From NCBI GenBank assembly GCA_934613415.1, contig CAKTSY010000001.1, forward strand, positions 390,001-422,000: a stretch of DNA of 32,000 nucleotides, read 5' to 3'. The notes beneath the pieces were generated by a model. It was not told the origin of the DNA and did not search any database. It saw only the letters and a program-made list of their open reading frames with translations. This stretch comes from an uncultured Opitutales bacterium. Lineage in GTDB: Bacteria; Verrucomicrobiota; Verrucomicrobiia; Opitutales; Intestinicryptomonadaceae. The first letter of the stretch is position 1. Each line of letters begins with the position of its first letter. Position numbers and translations under genes: made by a program. This document shows, in pieces, positions 7,550 through 15,061 of the stretch.

Positions 7550-9214
7550 TTATATGGGCTTTTTCTCGTTTACCAACAGTGTGAATGTAAACTTTAGCAC
7601 CCTCGGATTGGTCGGGTCTGTCTTTACATTCAAGTAGTCGGTTATGAAATCCGAATTTTTGAAAGTTTTTAGCAAGTCGGTTATGCGCTTGGTAGCAGCA
7701 GCCGAGTCGTAACGAGACGGGTCTTTGGGGTCTACATCGCGCAAAAGCAGGCGGCCTGTTACTTCAAGCTTATATTCGGCCTTTTTGCGGATATTGCCTT
7801 TTAAGTCTTTTACAGCCGCCGTTCTTACAACATTAAGGCCTTCAAGCCATACGTCTTTGGCGTCTACAATACGCTTTTCAAGATCTACAAAGAAATTCAT
7901 CCAATTCGACTTTGTGTTTGCCAAGCCTTCCAAGTCGCCGATTTTGGCAATAAGCTTGTTTACCTTTTCCTTGTTGGCAGCAACCTGCTCTATGCGTTCG
8001 TTCATTGCGGGAACGGCTTTGTTGAGCTCTTTAGTTAGGGTTTTGCGAGCCGAAATTGCATTATTTATATAAACAAAGGGCAAAATTGTAGAGCACGCCA
8101 AAATCAATGCCGAAACCATCAAAAGCGGGCGTTTTGCCTCGAAAGCCAAATGCGCGCCAATTTCGGGAGGCAAAAGATTTACGCCAACTGCCTTGTCGCC
8201 CAACACCAAGCGCGAAGCTTCGCCTATAAGTTCGCTTAGGGCTGCGGCGTTTGCATTTAAAATGTTGCCGTCTACTTTCGGGCTAATTGCCAAGTTTTCG
8301 AGCGGGTTAAGGTAGTCTACACTTACGCCTTGGTCTTCGCACAAAATCTGCGAAAAGTCGGGCAAAAGCGAACCGCGGCCCGTAAGGAAAATCTTCGAAA
8401 CAGGGTCTTTTACCTTGCGGCGATATGCCAATATGGAACGCTTAATTTCCATACTGATGCGCTTGATAACAGCCTTTTCGTTGTTCTTGAAAATGTCGGC
8501 TGCAGCGTCGGAAGAATTGTAGTTTGCCTCGTTCGAGTAGAAAGTTGTTTTAATGCCTTCGGTTTGCTGGAAGTTTTTGCCCAGCGAGTCGGCAATTGCC
8601 TGAGTAAGCGAGTTGCCGCCAATGGGAATGCTTCTTACAAAAAGCCCCTCGTCGCGCGAGATAATCATATTTGTGGTTCTAGCTCCCACATTAAGCATAA
8701 TCGCGTTTTCGGGCAAAGAGAATAGCTTCCAAGTGTTATAGTCTAACACCGACGAAGCTTCCAAAGATTCGGGAACAACGCCCGCCTGACTTATAGCGTC
8801 GCAAAAATCGTTTGCCGCCGACTTGCGCATAGAAACAAGCAATACTTCGGTTTCTACGCCGTCGTCGGAAATAACCTGATAGTCCCAAGTTACTTCGCTA
8901 AGGTCGTAGGGAATGTTCTTTGCGGCCTCAAAGCCGATAACTTCCTTTTGCCTGTCGCCGGTTACATGGGGAACCTGAATTGTTTTGGGCAATATAATGC
9001 TTGCTGGTGCAATAACAACCGCCTTGCCCGACAGGTTCATTTTTTTAAGTGCGCTTGTAAGAGCCGGCAACCATTGCGACTGGTCGGAATAATCGTAAAC
9101 CAGCTCTTCGGCGTAAAACTTTTCCAGAACAAGCTTTTTCGAGTCGCAGCTAAAAAGCCCCGCCGTTAGATAGGTTGTTCCGCAATTTATTATTAGTTTG
9201 CTTTTTGAAGCCAT
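7550..9214 (-). CDS. PilM-PilN fusion protein (actin-like ATPase domain + TM + PilN-like periplasmic part)
   Basis: The N-terminal ~340 aa are PilM-like (LIINCGTTYLTAGLF, LNVGARTTNMII, IPIGGNSLTQAIA). A TM helix follows (LLMVSALILACSTILPFVYI), then a coiled coil and a C-terminal ~130-aa domain. Confidence 0.8.
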   Translation of the reverse strand: MASKSKLIINCGTTYLTAGLFSCDSKKLVLEKFYAEELVYDYSDQSQWLPALTSALKKMNLSGKAVVIAPASIILPKTIQVPHVTGDRQKEVIGFEAAKNIPYDLSEVTWDYQVISDDGVETEVLLVSMRKSAANDFCDAISQAGVVPESLEASSVLDYNTWKLFSLPENAIMLNVGARTTNMIISRDEGLFVRSIPIGGNSLTQAIADSLGKNFQQTEGIKTTFYSNEANYNSSDAAADIFKNNEKAVIKRISMEIKRSILAYRRKVKDPVSKIFLTGRGSLLPDFSQILCEDQGVSVDYLNPLENLAISPKVDGNILNANAAALSELIGEASRLVLGDKAVGVNLLPPEIGAHLAFEAKRPLLMVSALILACSTILPFVYINNAISARKTLTKELNKAVPAMNERIEQVAANKEKVNKLIAKIGDLEGLANTKSNWMNFFVDLEKRIVDAKDVWLEGLNVVRTAAVKDLKGNIRKKAEYKLEVTGRLLLRDVDPKDPSRYDSAAATKRITDLLKTFKNSDFITDYLNVKTDPTNPRVLKFTFTLLVNEKKPI

Positions 9215-9241
9215 ATTTTTTTGAAGTTTTTTTATAAAATT

Positions 9242-9270
9242 TGGGCGGCAAAGCCCGCGCTTTGCGCCCA
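9242..9270 (-). promoter_or_regulatory. stable intercistronic stem-loop between the first gene of the operon and pilMN
   Basis: TGGGCG(G)CAAAG-CCCGCG-CTTTGCGCCCA forms an 11-bp GC-rich stem with one bulge. On the mRNA strand it is followed only by AATTTTAT, so there is no clean U-tract. Confidence 0.5.
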
Positions 9271-9285
9271 GTTTAAAAATTTACA

Positions 9286-10017
9286 CTATTCCAAAACCAA
9301 AGTAGAATCGTTCCTTGCCGATTTATACTCGTTTATCTTAACCGCAAAGGGGGCCTTTTCGAACGGAACCATTACGCCCTTGTTTGCATCTAGGTTGGCC
9401 ATTGCCTTTTCTACAAATGTTTTGCCCTGCGTACCCAAGCTGCAACGCTGTTTAATGTTGGTTTTTGTTAGCGGGTAGTTTGTGCCGTTTACAGAAAGGT
9501 CTACCAACCACGCGTAGGGAGCATCTTTAATTCTATATACCGAATAGGCTTCCCACGGAATATAGAATGTTACTGTGCTTTCTTTGTTGCGCTGCATTGC
9601 AAACAATGTTGCGCTAGAGCTAAACCAAACAAACTTGGGGCTTGAAGATGTGCTCATTTTTGCGTCTTCGTAGGCGCAAACAAGCTTTATATTTACGTTG
9701 CGAACCCAGTCGGGGTTTAGGTCGTTCTTTTCGGCATCGGGGTTGTCTATGCAGCGAAGCTTAACCGTTGCCTTTATCCAGTTATTGTTGCCGTTAATAT
9801 TTACCTTCTCAAACTTAACTGCACTTGTAAGCACAACAGGGTCTTTCTGGTTGCCCTTTGCGCCCTTTTTTGCACCGCGTTTTGCGGGGGCTTTTTGAGA
9901 GGAAGGCTCTAATTGCATATCGTCGGCATCGGCATTCTGCGTTTTATTTTGCGCAAAAACCGAACCTGACACACAAAAGAACAATAGGGAAAGTAAAGCA
10001 AAAATACGATAATTCAT
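9286..10017 (-). CDS. secreted hypothetical protein, first gene of the pilus-like operon (Amuc_1102 position)
   Basis: The Sec signal MNYRIFALLSLLFFCVSGSVFAQ starts at ATG 10017 (the track ORF extends to 10053). A Lys-rich linker follows, then a beta-rich domain. There is no class III (prepilin) signal. Confidence 0.6.
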   Translation of the reverse strand: MNYRIFALLSLLFFCVSGSVFAQNKTQNADADDMQLEPSSQKAPAKRGAKKGAKGNQKDPVVLTSAVKFEKVNINGNNNWIKATVKLRCIDNPDAEKNDLNPDWVRNVNIKLVCAYEDAKMSTSSSPKFVWFSSSATLFAMQRNKESTVTFYIPWEAYSVYRIKDAPYAWLVDLSVNGTNYPLTKTNIKQRCSLGTQGKTFVEKAMANLDANKGVMVPFEKAPFAVKINEYKSARNDSTLVLE

Positions 10018-10051
10018 AAGTTTGATTAAAACGGTAATAGTGTTTGTGTTC

Positions 10052-10077
10052 AAGCTTTTTTTACTAAATTTTTACAA
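10052..10077 (-). promoter_or_regulatory. conserved AT-rich motif (copy 1) upstream of the first operon gene
   Basis: The minus-strand reading is TTGTAAAAATTTAGTAAAAAAAGCTT, beginning 60 nt upstream of ATG 10017. It shares the 12-mer and AAAGCTT with 5545..5571. Confidence 0.35.
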
Positions 10078-10102
10078 AGCGTTGTTGCTTGCGCAAGCAC
10101 TG

Positions 10103-10768
10103 CTATTTCAACAAGCTGCGCAAGTTTTTTGAAATTTCGGTATAGGCTGCGCGCCTAAAGTGCAGCATATTTTTTCTGAACATATCTTTTTGGGGCGTTT
10201 TGTTTTGGTCGCAAACAACGGTGTTTACATCGAAAAACTCGATATTTTTGCCGCCCTTTTGCTTTATATACTCTGCCAAATTTGCGTTTACGGCGTCTAT
10301 TTTGCCAAAATATACGCTGCGCGCTGGGCTTTTTGGCACCGACAAAACAATTATTTTTGCATGGGGTAAATCGGCGCGCAGTTTTTCTAGCAAAGACTTA
10401 AAATCGCTAACAATCATTTCGGTTGCGCGCTTGCTGGCGCATTCGGCGTCGCCCGTACCAATAACTATTGTGGCGGGTTTGTATTTTAAGATAATGTCGT
10501 TGTAATATCTAAACAAATCCTGCACATTCGAACCGCCAAAGCCCCTGTTTATAACGCCAAATTCGGGAAAGCAATCGGCGGTTTTCCATATATTTATAAT
10601 GTCGGAACCCACAAAAAGCACGGCATTTTTCGGATACGAATTTTCAGAATCGTACTCTTTAAAGCTTGATATGGAACTTTGCCACCTAAGGTCTGTTCCC
10701 GTAGACGCCGCGCGCAGTTGGGGGATAATCGCGCACGCGAACAATAAAAGTAAAGCAGTAAATTTCAT
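10103..10768 (-). CDS. secreted SGNH/GDSL-family hydrolase (esterase)
   Basis: Signal peptide MKFTALLLLFACAIIPQLRAAS. The SGNH blocks are FVGSDIINIW (block I, GSD rather than GDS), NRGFGGSN (block II), IGTGDAE (block III) and NMLHF (block V, N-x-x-H rather than D-x-x-H). Confidence 0.65.
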   Translation of the reverse strand: MKFTALLLLFACAIIPQLRAASTGTDLRWQSSISSFKEYDSENSYPKNAVLFVGSDIINIWKTADCFPEFGVINRGFGGSNVQDLFRYYNDIILKYKPATIVIGTGDAECASKRATEMIVSDFKSLLEKLRADLPHAKIIVLSVPKSPARSVYFGKIDAVNANLAEYIKQKGGKNIEFFDVNTVVCDQNKTPQKDMFRKNMLHFRRAAYTEISKNLRSLLK

Positions 10769-10815
10769 TGAAACAAAAAGCTAAATATACATTCTTGCTT
10801 TTACAATAAAAAACT

Positions 10816-11631
10816 ATGGCTAACGCATTTTACAGGGGAAGAATTGCGCCAACGCCCTCGGGCTTTTTGCACAAGGGGCACTTAGAAACTTTTAAAACGG
10901 CGTATTTAAGGGCAAAAGAGGCACATGGTGCCCTAGTTTTGCGCATAGAAGACATAGACAAAGCCCGTTGCAAGCCAGAATATATAGCTCAATGTGTAGA
11001 AGACTTAAAACGTTTCGGCATTGTGTGCACCGAAGGCTACGGCATTGGCGGGCAGTTTGCGCCCTATCTGCAAAGCGAGCGTTTTGAATTATATAGGCAA
11101 ATTTTGGTTGTCCTAATAAAAAAAGGCTTGGCATACCCAAGCAATCTCAGCCGAAAAGAGATTGCCGAAAGCTGCCCCCTTTCGCGATACGACAAAAGCG
11201 AAAGAATCTTTAAAAAATCGCTTATAGACCCTTCGTATAAATTGGGAACTATTCCAAACAATTTCGAACAACTAAACTGGCGTTTTAACCTAAGCTATGC
11301 GCAAACATTTGCCTTTTACGACGCATTTGAAGGCATGCAAAAATTTACCGCGGGCGAAGACTTTGGCGACTTTCTTATTTGGCGCAAAGAAAACGCCCCT
11401 TCCTACGAGCTTGCGGTAGTTGTAGACGACCATTTTATGCAGATAAGCGAAGTTGTAAGGGGCAAAGACCTTTTGCTTAGCACCGCAAAACAAATGGCAA
11501 TATACAACGCTTTTGATTGGAAAATTCCAGCCTTTGCGCACTGCAAACTTTTGCTTGGCAAAGACGGCAAAAAGCTTTCGAAAAGCGTAATGAAAAAAAG
11601 CGACCCTAATTTGCTTATAAACCGCCGCTGA
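10816..11631 (+). CDS. gluQ: glutamyl-Q tRNA(Asp) synthetase (GluQRS, truncated GluRS paralogue)
   Basis: It has only a class I catalytic domain (271 aa). The HIGH motif reads LHKGH, followed by APYLQSER, YELAVVVDD, VVRGKDLL and KLSKS. Confidence 0.75.
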   Translation: MANAFYRGRIAPTPSGFLHKGHLETFKTAYLRAKEAHGALVLRIEDIDKARCKPEYIAQCVEDLKRFGIVCTEGYGIGGQFAPYLQSERFELYRQILVVLIKKGLAYPSNLSRKEIAESCPLSRYDKSERIFKKSLIDPSYKLGTIPNNFEQLNWRFNLSYAQTFAFYDAFEGMQKFTAGEDFGDFLIWRKENAPSYELAVVVDDHFMQISEVVRGKDLLLSTAKQMAIYNAFDWKIPAFAHCKLLLGKDGKKLSKSVMKKSDPNLLINRR

Positions 11632-11718
11632 TTTTGCTTGCATAAGCTTTGCTAAAAATGTAACGTGCCCGAGACGGAATTTAAGAAACATATTTACAAT
11701 TCTTATCGGGGAGCATTT

Positions 11719-14700
11719 ATGAAAATTTTAAACACGCTGAAATTTGCGGCTGTTTTGGGGTTTGTATTTTGCAATTATGCAAAAGGCGAAACCATATTCC
11801 AAATAGGCACGCCCGACTCTTTTGCCAAAGAGTTTAAAACATTTGCAAATTTAGCCGACGACCGCCACGCCTATAACCACGACTATTCTCAACCGCGGCG
11901 CACGTTTAGAGACGTAGACGGCTGCATAAAATTCTTTAACGATACAAAGCGCAGTTTCACTTTTGTTGTAGGCAAAAACAAAGACAAAGACTGGCCATTT
12001 GTACAACCAATTTCGGGCTGTCGCTGGAGCGGCTCTACGGAAGCTGCCGACTACGCAATTAAGTTCGACGCCCCAACAGCGAAAAACAACCCCGACAAAA
12101 CCTACATATTGAGAATAGGTCTAGCCGACGCGTATTGCCGCCACGACAATTTTTTGGACATATATTTGAACGGAAAAAAGCTTACCCGCATTGCAAATCC
12201 GCACAAGCTTAACTACGAAAAGGCGAACGTTTCGGCGGTGGTTGCATATCACCCCCAAACATGGGGCATTCCCGCGCTTTCAAAAATAAACATTCCCGCC
12301 AAAAGCCTGAAAGAAAAAGACAATTTAATAGAAATAAAACCCCACCGTTTTAAAAGTACAAACGCGGAAAGATGGGTTGCCTACGACTACATAAGCCTTT
12401 CCGACGACAAGCAAGACCCTAAAATAAAAGACCACCAAAAAGAGTTCGAGCAAAATGCGCTTAAAGCTCTCGGTTGCGACGAAGTTGTTTTTTGCGTAAG
12501 GTCGTCTAGCCGCGACCCCCATTGGTATGCAAACGTAGGCAAAAGCGTATACGCCAAAACCCCCGAAGGCGACTCGAAAGCCGACTTGTGGTTTAACAAG
12601 GAAATGTTTTCGCGCATGGGCGGCAAGCTTGTGCGCTACAACCTTAAAACGGGCGACTACGAATATATTCTAGACGACCCCGACGGCTCTGTACGCGACT
12701 GCAGGTTGCACTACGACGCAAAGAAAATTTTGTTTTCGTACAGAAAAGGAACCAGCGACCACTTTAAACTTTACGAAGTAGACATAGACGGCAAAAACTT
12801 AAAACTTTTGCCTATGACGGGCGACTGGGACGACTTTGAGCCCTGCTATATGCCAAATGGCGACATTCTTTACATTTCAAACCGCCAACCGAAAACGGTA
12901 CAGTGCCTTTTTGTGCCCGCAAACAATCTTCACAGGTGGTATTCAAAAGAAAATATGATACGCAACATAAGCGTTAATCCCGACCAAGACGACACCCCCG
13001 CCCTGCTAAAAGACGGCCGCGTTGTGTATATGCGTTGGGACTATAACCAGCGCAGCCAAGTTTCGTTCCACCATCTTTGGGCAATGAACCCCGACGGCTC
13101 GAACAACACCGTATTTTTGGGAAATAAAAGACCCGGAGGGCTTTTCTTGGCGGCAAAGCCCGTACCCGACAAAGACGAAGTTGTTTTCACCTTGGGCACA
13201 GGCCACGGGCAAACCGACTCGAGGGGCTTCCCCGCAAAAATGAAAATAGGGGCAGACCCTTCCGACGAGCACGCGTTCGACATTATAGTAGGCGGCTACT
13301 CAAACCAGTTTTTTGACCCCTTCCCGTTGGGTAAGGGTTTTTACCTTACAACCAACGGCAAAAACATTGTAATTATGGACGACTTCGGGCACATATTTAC
13401 CGGCTTTAAGCTGCCAAACGACCTCTTTAAAAGCGAGCACAAAGTTCTTACTTTAACCCACAAAAAAAACGTTCCCTGCAAAATGTTTATGCGCGACGTT
13501 CAGCCCCTAAGGCCGCGCCAGCGCGAATATCTTATCCCCGACAAGGCCGACTTTACAAAGAAAACCGCCGTAATTTCGCTTATAGACATCTACAACGGCA
13601 GAGAAATGCAATCGGTTAAAAAAGGCTCGGTTAAAAAGCTTTTAATAACCGAGGTTTTGCCCGAACCCGTGCACTACCACGGCGGAATGCACCCTATTTC
13701 GAACGGCGGCGGCTTTATTCTGGAAAGAATTTGGGGAACCGTTCCCGTAGAGGAAGACGGCAGCGCAATGTTTGAAGTTCCATCGGGCATGCCGCTTTCT
13801 TTTTCGGCGTTAGACAAAGACGGAAAACTCATAAAGAAAATGCAAAGCTCGGTGGGCTTTTCGCCCGCAACGTCTACAAGCTGCATAGGCTGCCACGAAA
13901 AGCGCACCGAGGCTCCAACTTTAACAAACACGCCTATGTCGTTTACAAAGGGCGTGCAAAAAATAACCCCGTTTAAGGGGCGCAAACAGCCCTTTGTTGT
14001 AGACCTAACGCGCGACTTGCAGCCCATATTCGACAAGCACTGTGTAAAATGCCATAACTCTGTTGATTTAAAAGGCTCGCTTTCGCTTGAAAAGGGGCTT
14101 AGCACAAACAACGTTTTAAACTATGTTGCCCTTTCAAAAAAAGGCCAATATAACGACGGCCGTAACCGCTGGGGCGAATCGGCGCCCTACTATTTCGGTT
14201 CGGGCTCTAGCAAGCTTATGGACAAAATTTCGGGAGGACACCATAATGTAAAGCTTAGCGACTACGAGCGCGAAAGCGTTATGCTGTGGCTCGACACTGG
14301 GGCTATGCAATCTGGCACATATGCCATACAAGGCACCGGCTTTTTAAGAATGAATTTTTATATGGCAATGACGGGCATAGACCTTAACAATATGCCCGAA
14401 ACAAAAGATTTTAACGATACAATAAAACGCCGCTGTATGGTTTGCCACAACAAAAACGGCGGACAAATGCGCTGGACAATAGGCGGCGTTGCCAAGTTGC
14501 CCACTCCCGACAAAAAAGGCAAACCAAGCAAAGTTGCAACCGACTTGCAGTTTAATTTCGACAATCCCGAACGCTCGATTTTTGTGCTTACCCCGCTTGC
14601 CAAAAGCGCGGGCGGACGCGCCGAAAAGAACGTGCACCCCGTTGTTTTTAAAGACAAAAAAGACGGCGACTACCAACTGATTATGTCGTTTTTAAACAAG

Positions 14701-14910
14701 TGCAAAGAGTGGCTAAGCCAAAACCGCCCATTCTACGACAAGCCCAATTTTAGACCCAACAAGGGATACACAATGGTTCTTCAAAAATGCGGCATAATTA
14801 AGAAAAACCTTAAAGACAAAACACCCATTCCCGCGTTCGAGTCCGACGAAAAATATTTTCAGTGGATACACGACACGCTATACGTTAAAGCTCCGCGTCC
14901 GAACAAATAA
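11719..14910 (+). CDS. large secreted beta-propeller protein with three C-terminal CXXCH (haem c) motifs
   Basis: GGGGAG lies 6 nt before ATG 11719, and the signal peptide is MKILNTLKFAAVLGFVFCNYAKG. TolB-like repeats are present (DPDGS, MPNGD, LKDGR, MNPDGS). The CXXCH motifs are CIGCH 13882-13896, CVKCH 14041-14055 and CMVCH 14434-14448. The context LQPIFDKHCVKCHNS...LKGSLSLE resembles the Planctomycete cytochrome C domain. Confidence 0.8.
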   Translation: MKILNTLKFAAVLGFVFCNYAKGETIFQIGTPDSFAKEFKTFANLADDRHAYNHDYSQPRRTFRDVDGCIKFFNDTKRSFTFVVGKNKDKDWPFVQPISGCRWSGSTEAADYAIKFDAPTAKNNPDKTYILRIGLADAYCRHDNFLDIYLNGKKLTRIANPHKLNYEKANVSAVVAYHPQTWGIPALSKINIPAKSLKEKDNLIEIKPHRFKSTNAERWVAYDYISLSDDKQDPKIKDHQKEFEQNALKALGCDEVVFCVRSSSRDPHWYANVGKSVYAKTPEGDSKADLWFNKEMFSRMGGKLVRYNLKTGDYEYILDDPDGSVRDCRLHYDAKKILFSYRKGTSDHFKLYEVDIDGKNLKLLPMTGDWDDFEPCYMPNGDILYISNRQPKTVQCLFVPANNLHRWYSKENMIRNISVNPDQDDTPALLKDGRVVYMRWDYNQRSQVSFHHLWAMNPDGSNNTVFLGNKRPGGLFLAAKPVPDKDEVVFTLGTGHGQTDSRGFPAKMKIGADPSDEHAFDIIVGGYSNQFFDPFPLGKGFYLTTNGKNIVIMDDFGHIFTGFKLPNDLFKSEHKVLTLTHKKNVPCKMFMRDVQPLRPRQREYLIPDKADFTKKTAVISLIDIYNGREMQSVKKGSVKKLLITEVLPEPVHYHGGMHPISNGGGFILERIWGTVPVEEDGSAMFEVPSGMPLSFSALDKDGKLIKKMQSSVGFSPATSTSCIGCHEKRTEAPTLTNTPMSFTKGVQKITPFKGRKQPFVVDLTRDLQPIFDKHCVKCHNSVDLKGSLSLEKGLSTNNVLNYVALSKKGQYNDGRNRWGESAPYYFGSGSSKLMDKISGGHHNVKLSDYERESVMLWLDTGAMQSGTYAIQGTGFLRMNFYMAMTGIDLNNMPETKDFNDTIKRRCMVCHNKNGGQMRWTIGGVAKLPTPDKKGKPSKVATDLQFNFDNPERSIFVLTPLAKSAGGRAEKNVHPVVFKDKKDGDYQLIMSFLNKCKEWLSQNRPFYDKPNFRPNKGYTMVLQKCGIIKKNLKDKTPIPAFESDEKYFQWIHDTLYVKAPRPNK

Positions 14911-14932
14911 CAGGGCAAACTTTGCAAAAAAA

Positions 14933-14964
14933 ATCGGGGCTTTGGCGAAATGCCCCGATTTTTT
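14933..14964 (+). terminator. rho-independent terminator after the large CXXCH protein gene
   Basis: Stem ATCGGGGC-N11-GCCCCGAT followed by a T-run. An A-run precedes it, so it has a bidirectional look. Confidence 0.8.
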
Positions 14965-15061
14965 GTACGAATACAACAATATAAACCGCTTTTTTTGGTT
15001 GCAATCGGCGGTATTTGTCGAGATTATTATACGAATATACAAACTTTACATTTAAACATTT

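Noticed and set aside
10078-10102. The palindrome GCTTGCGCAAGC just after the SGNH hydrolase stop, considered as a terminator separating it from the pilus-like operon.
   Set aside because: The perfect palindrome leaves no loop, so the usable stem is about 4-5 bp, and no U-tract follows. It is not enough to call a terminator, so whether the SGNH gene is co-transcribed with the operon stays open.
13455-13475. An A8 homopolymer inside the large CXXCH protein gene and a G6 run in lnt (about 19604-19609), considered as phase-variation tracts.
   Set aside because: The tracts are short and sit inside otherwise intact long ORFs. Nothing in this single sequence indicates length variation.
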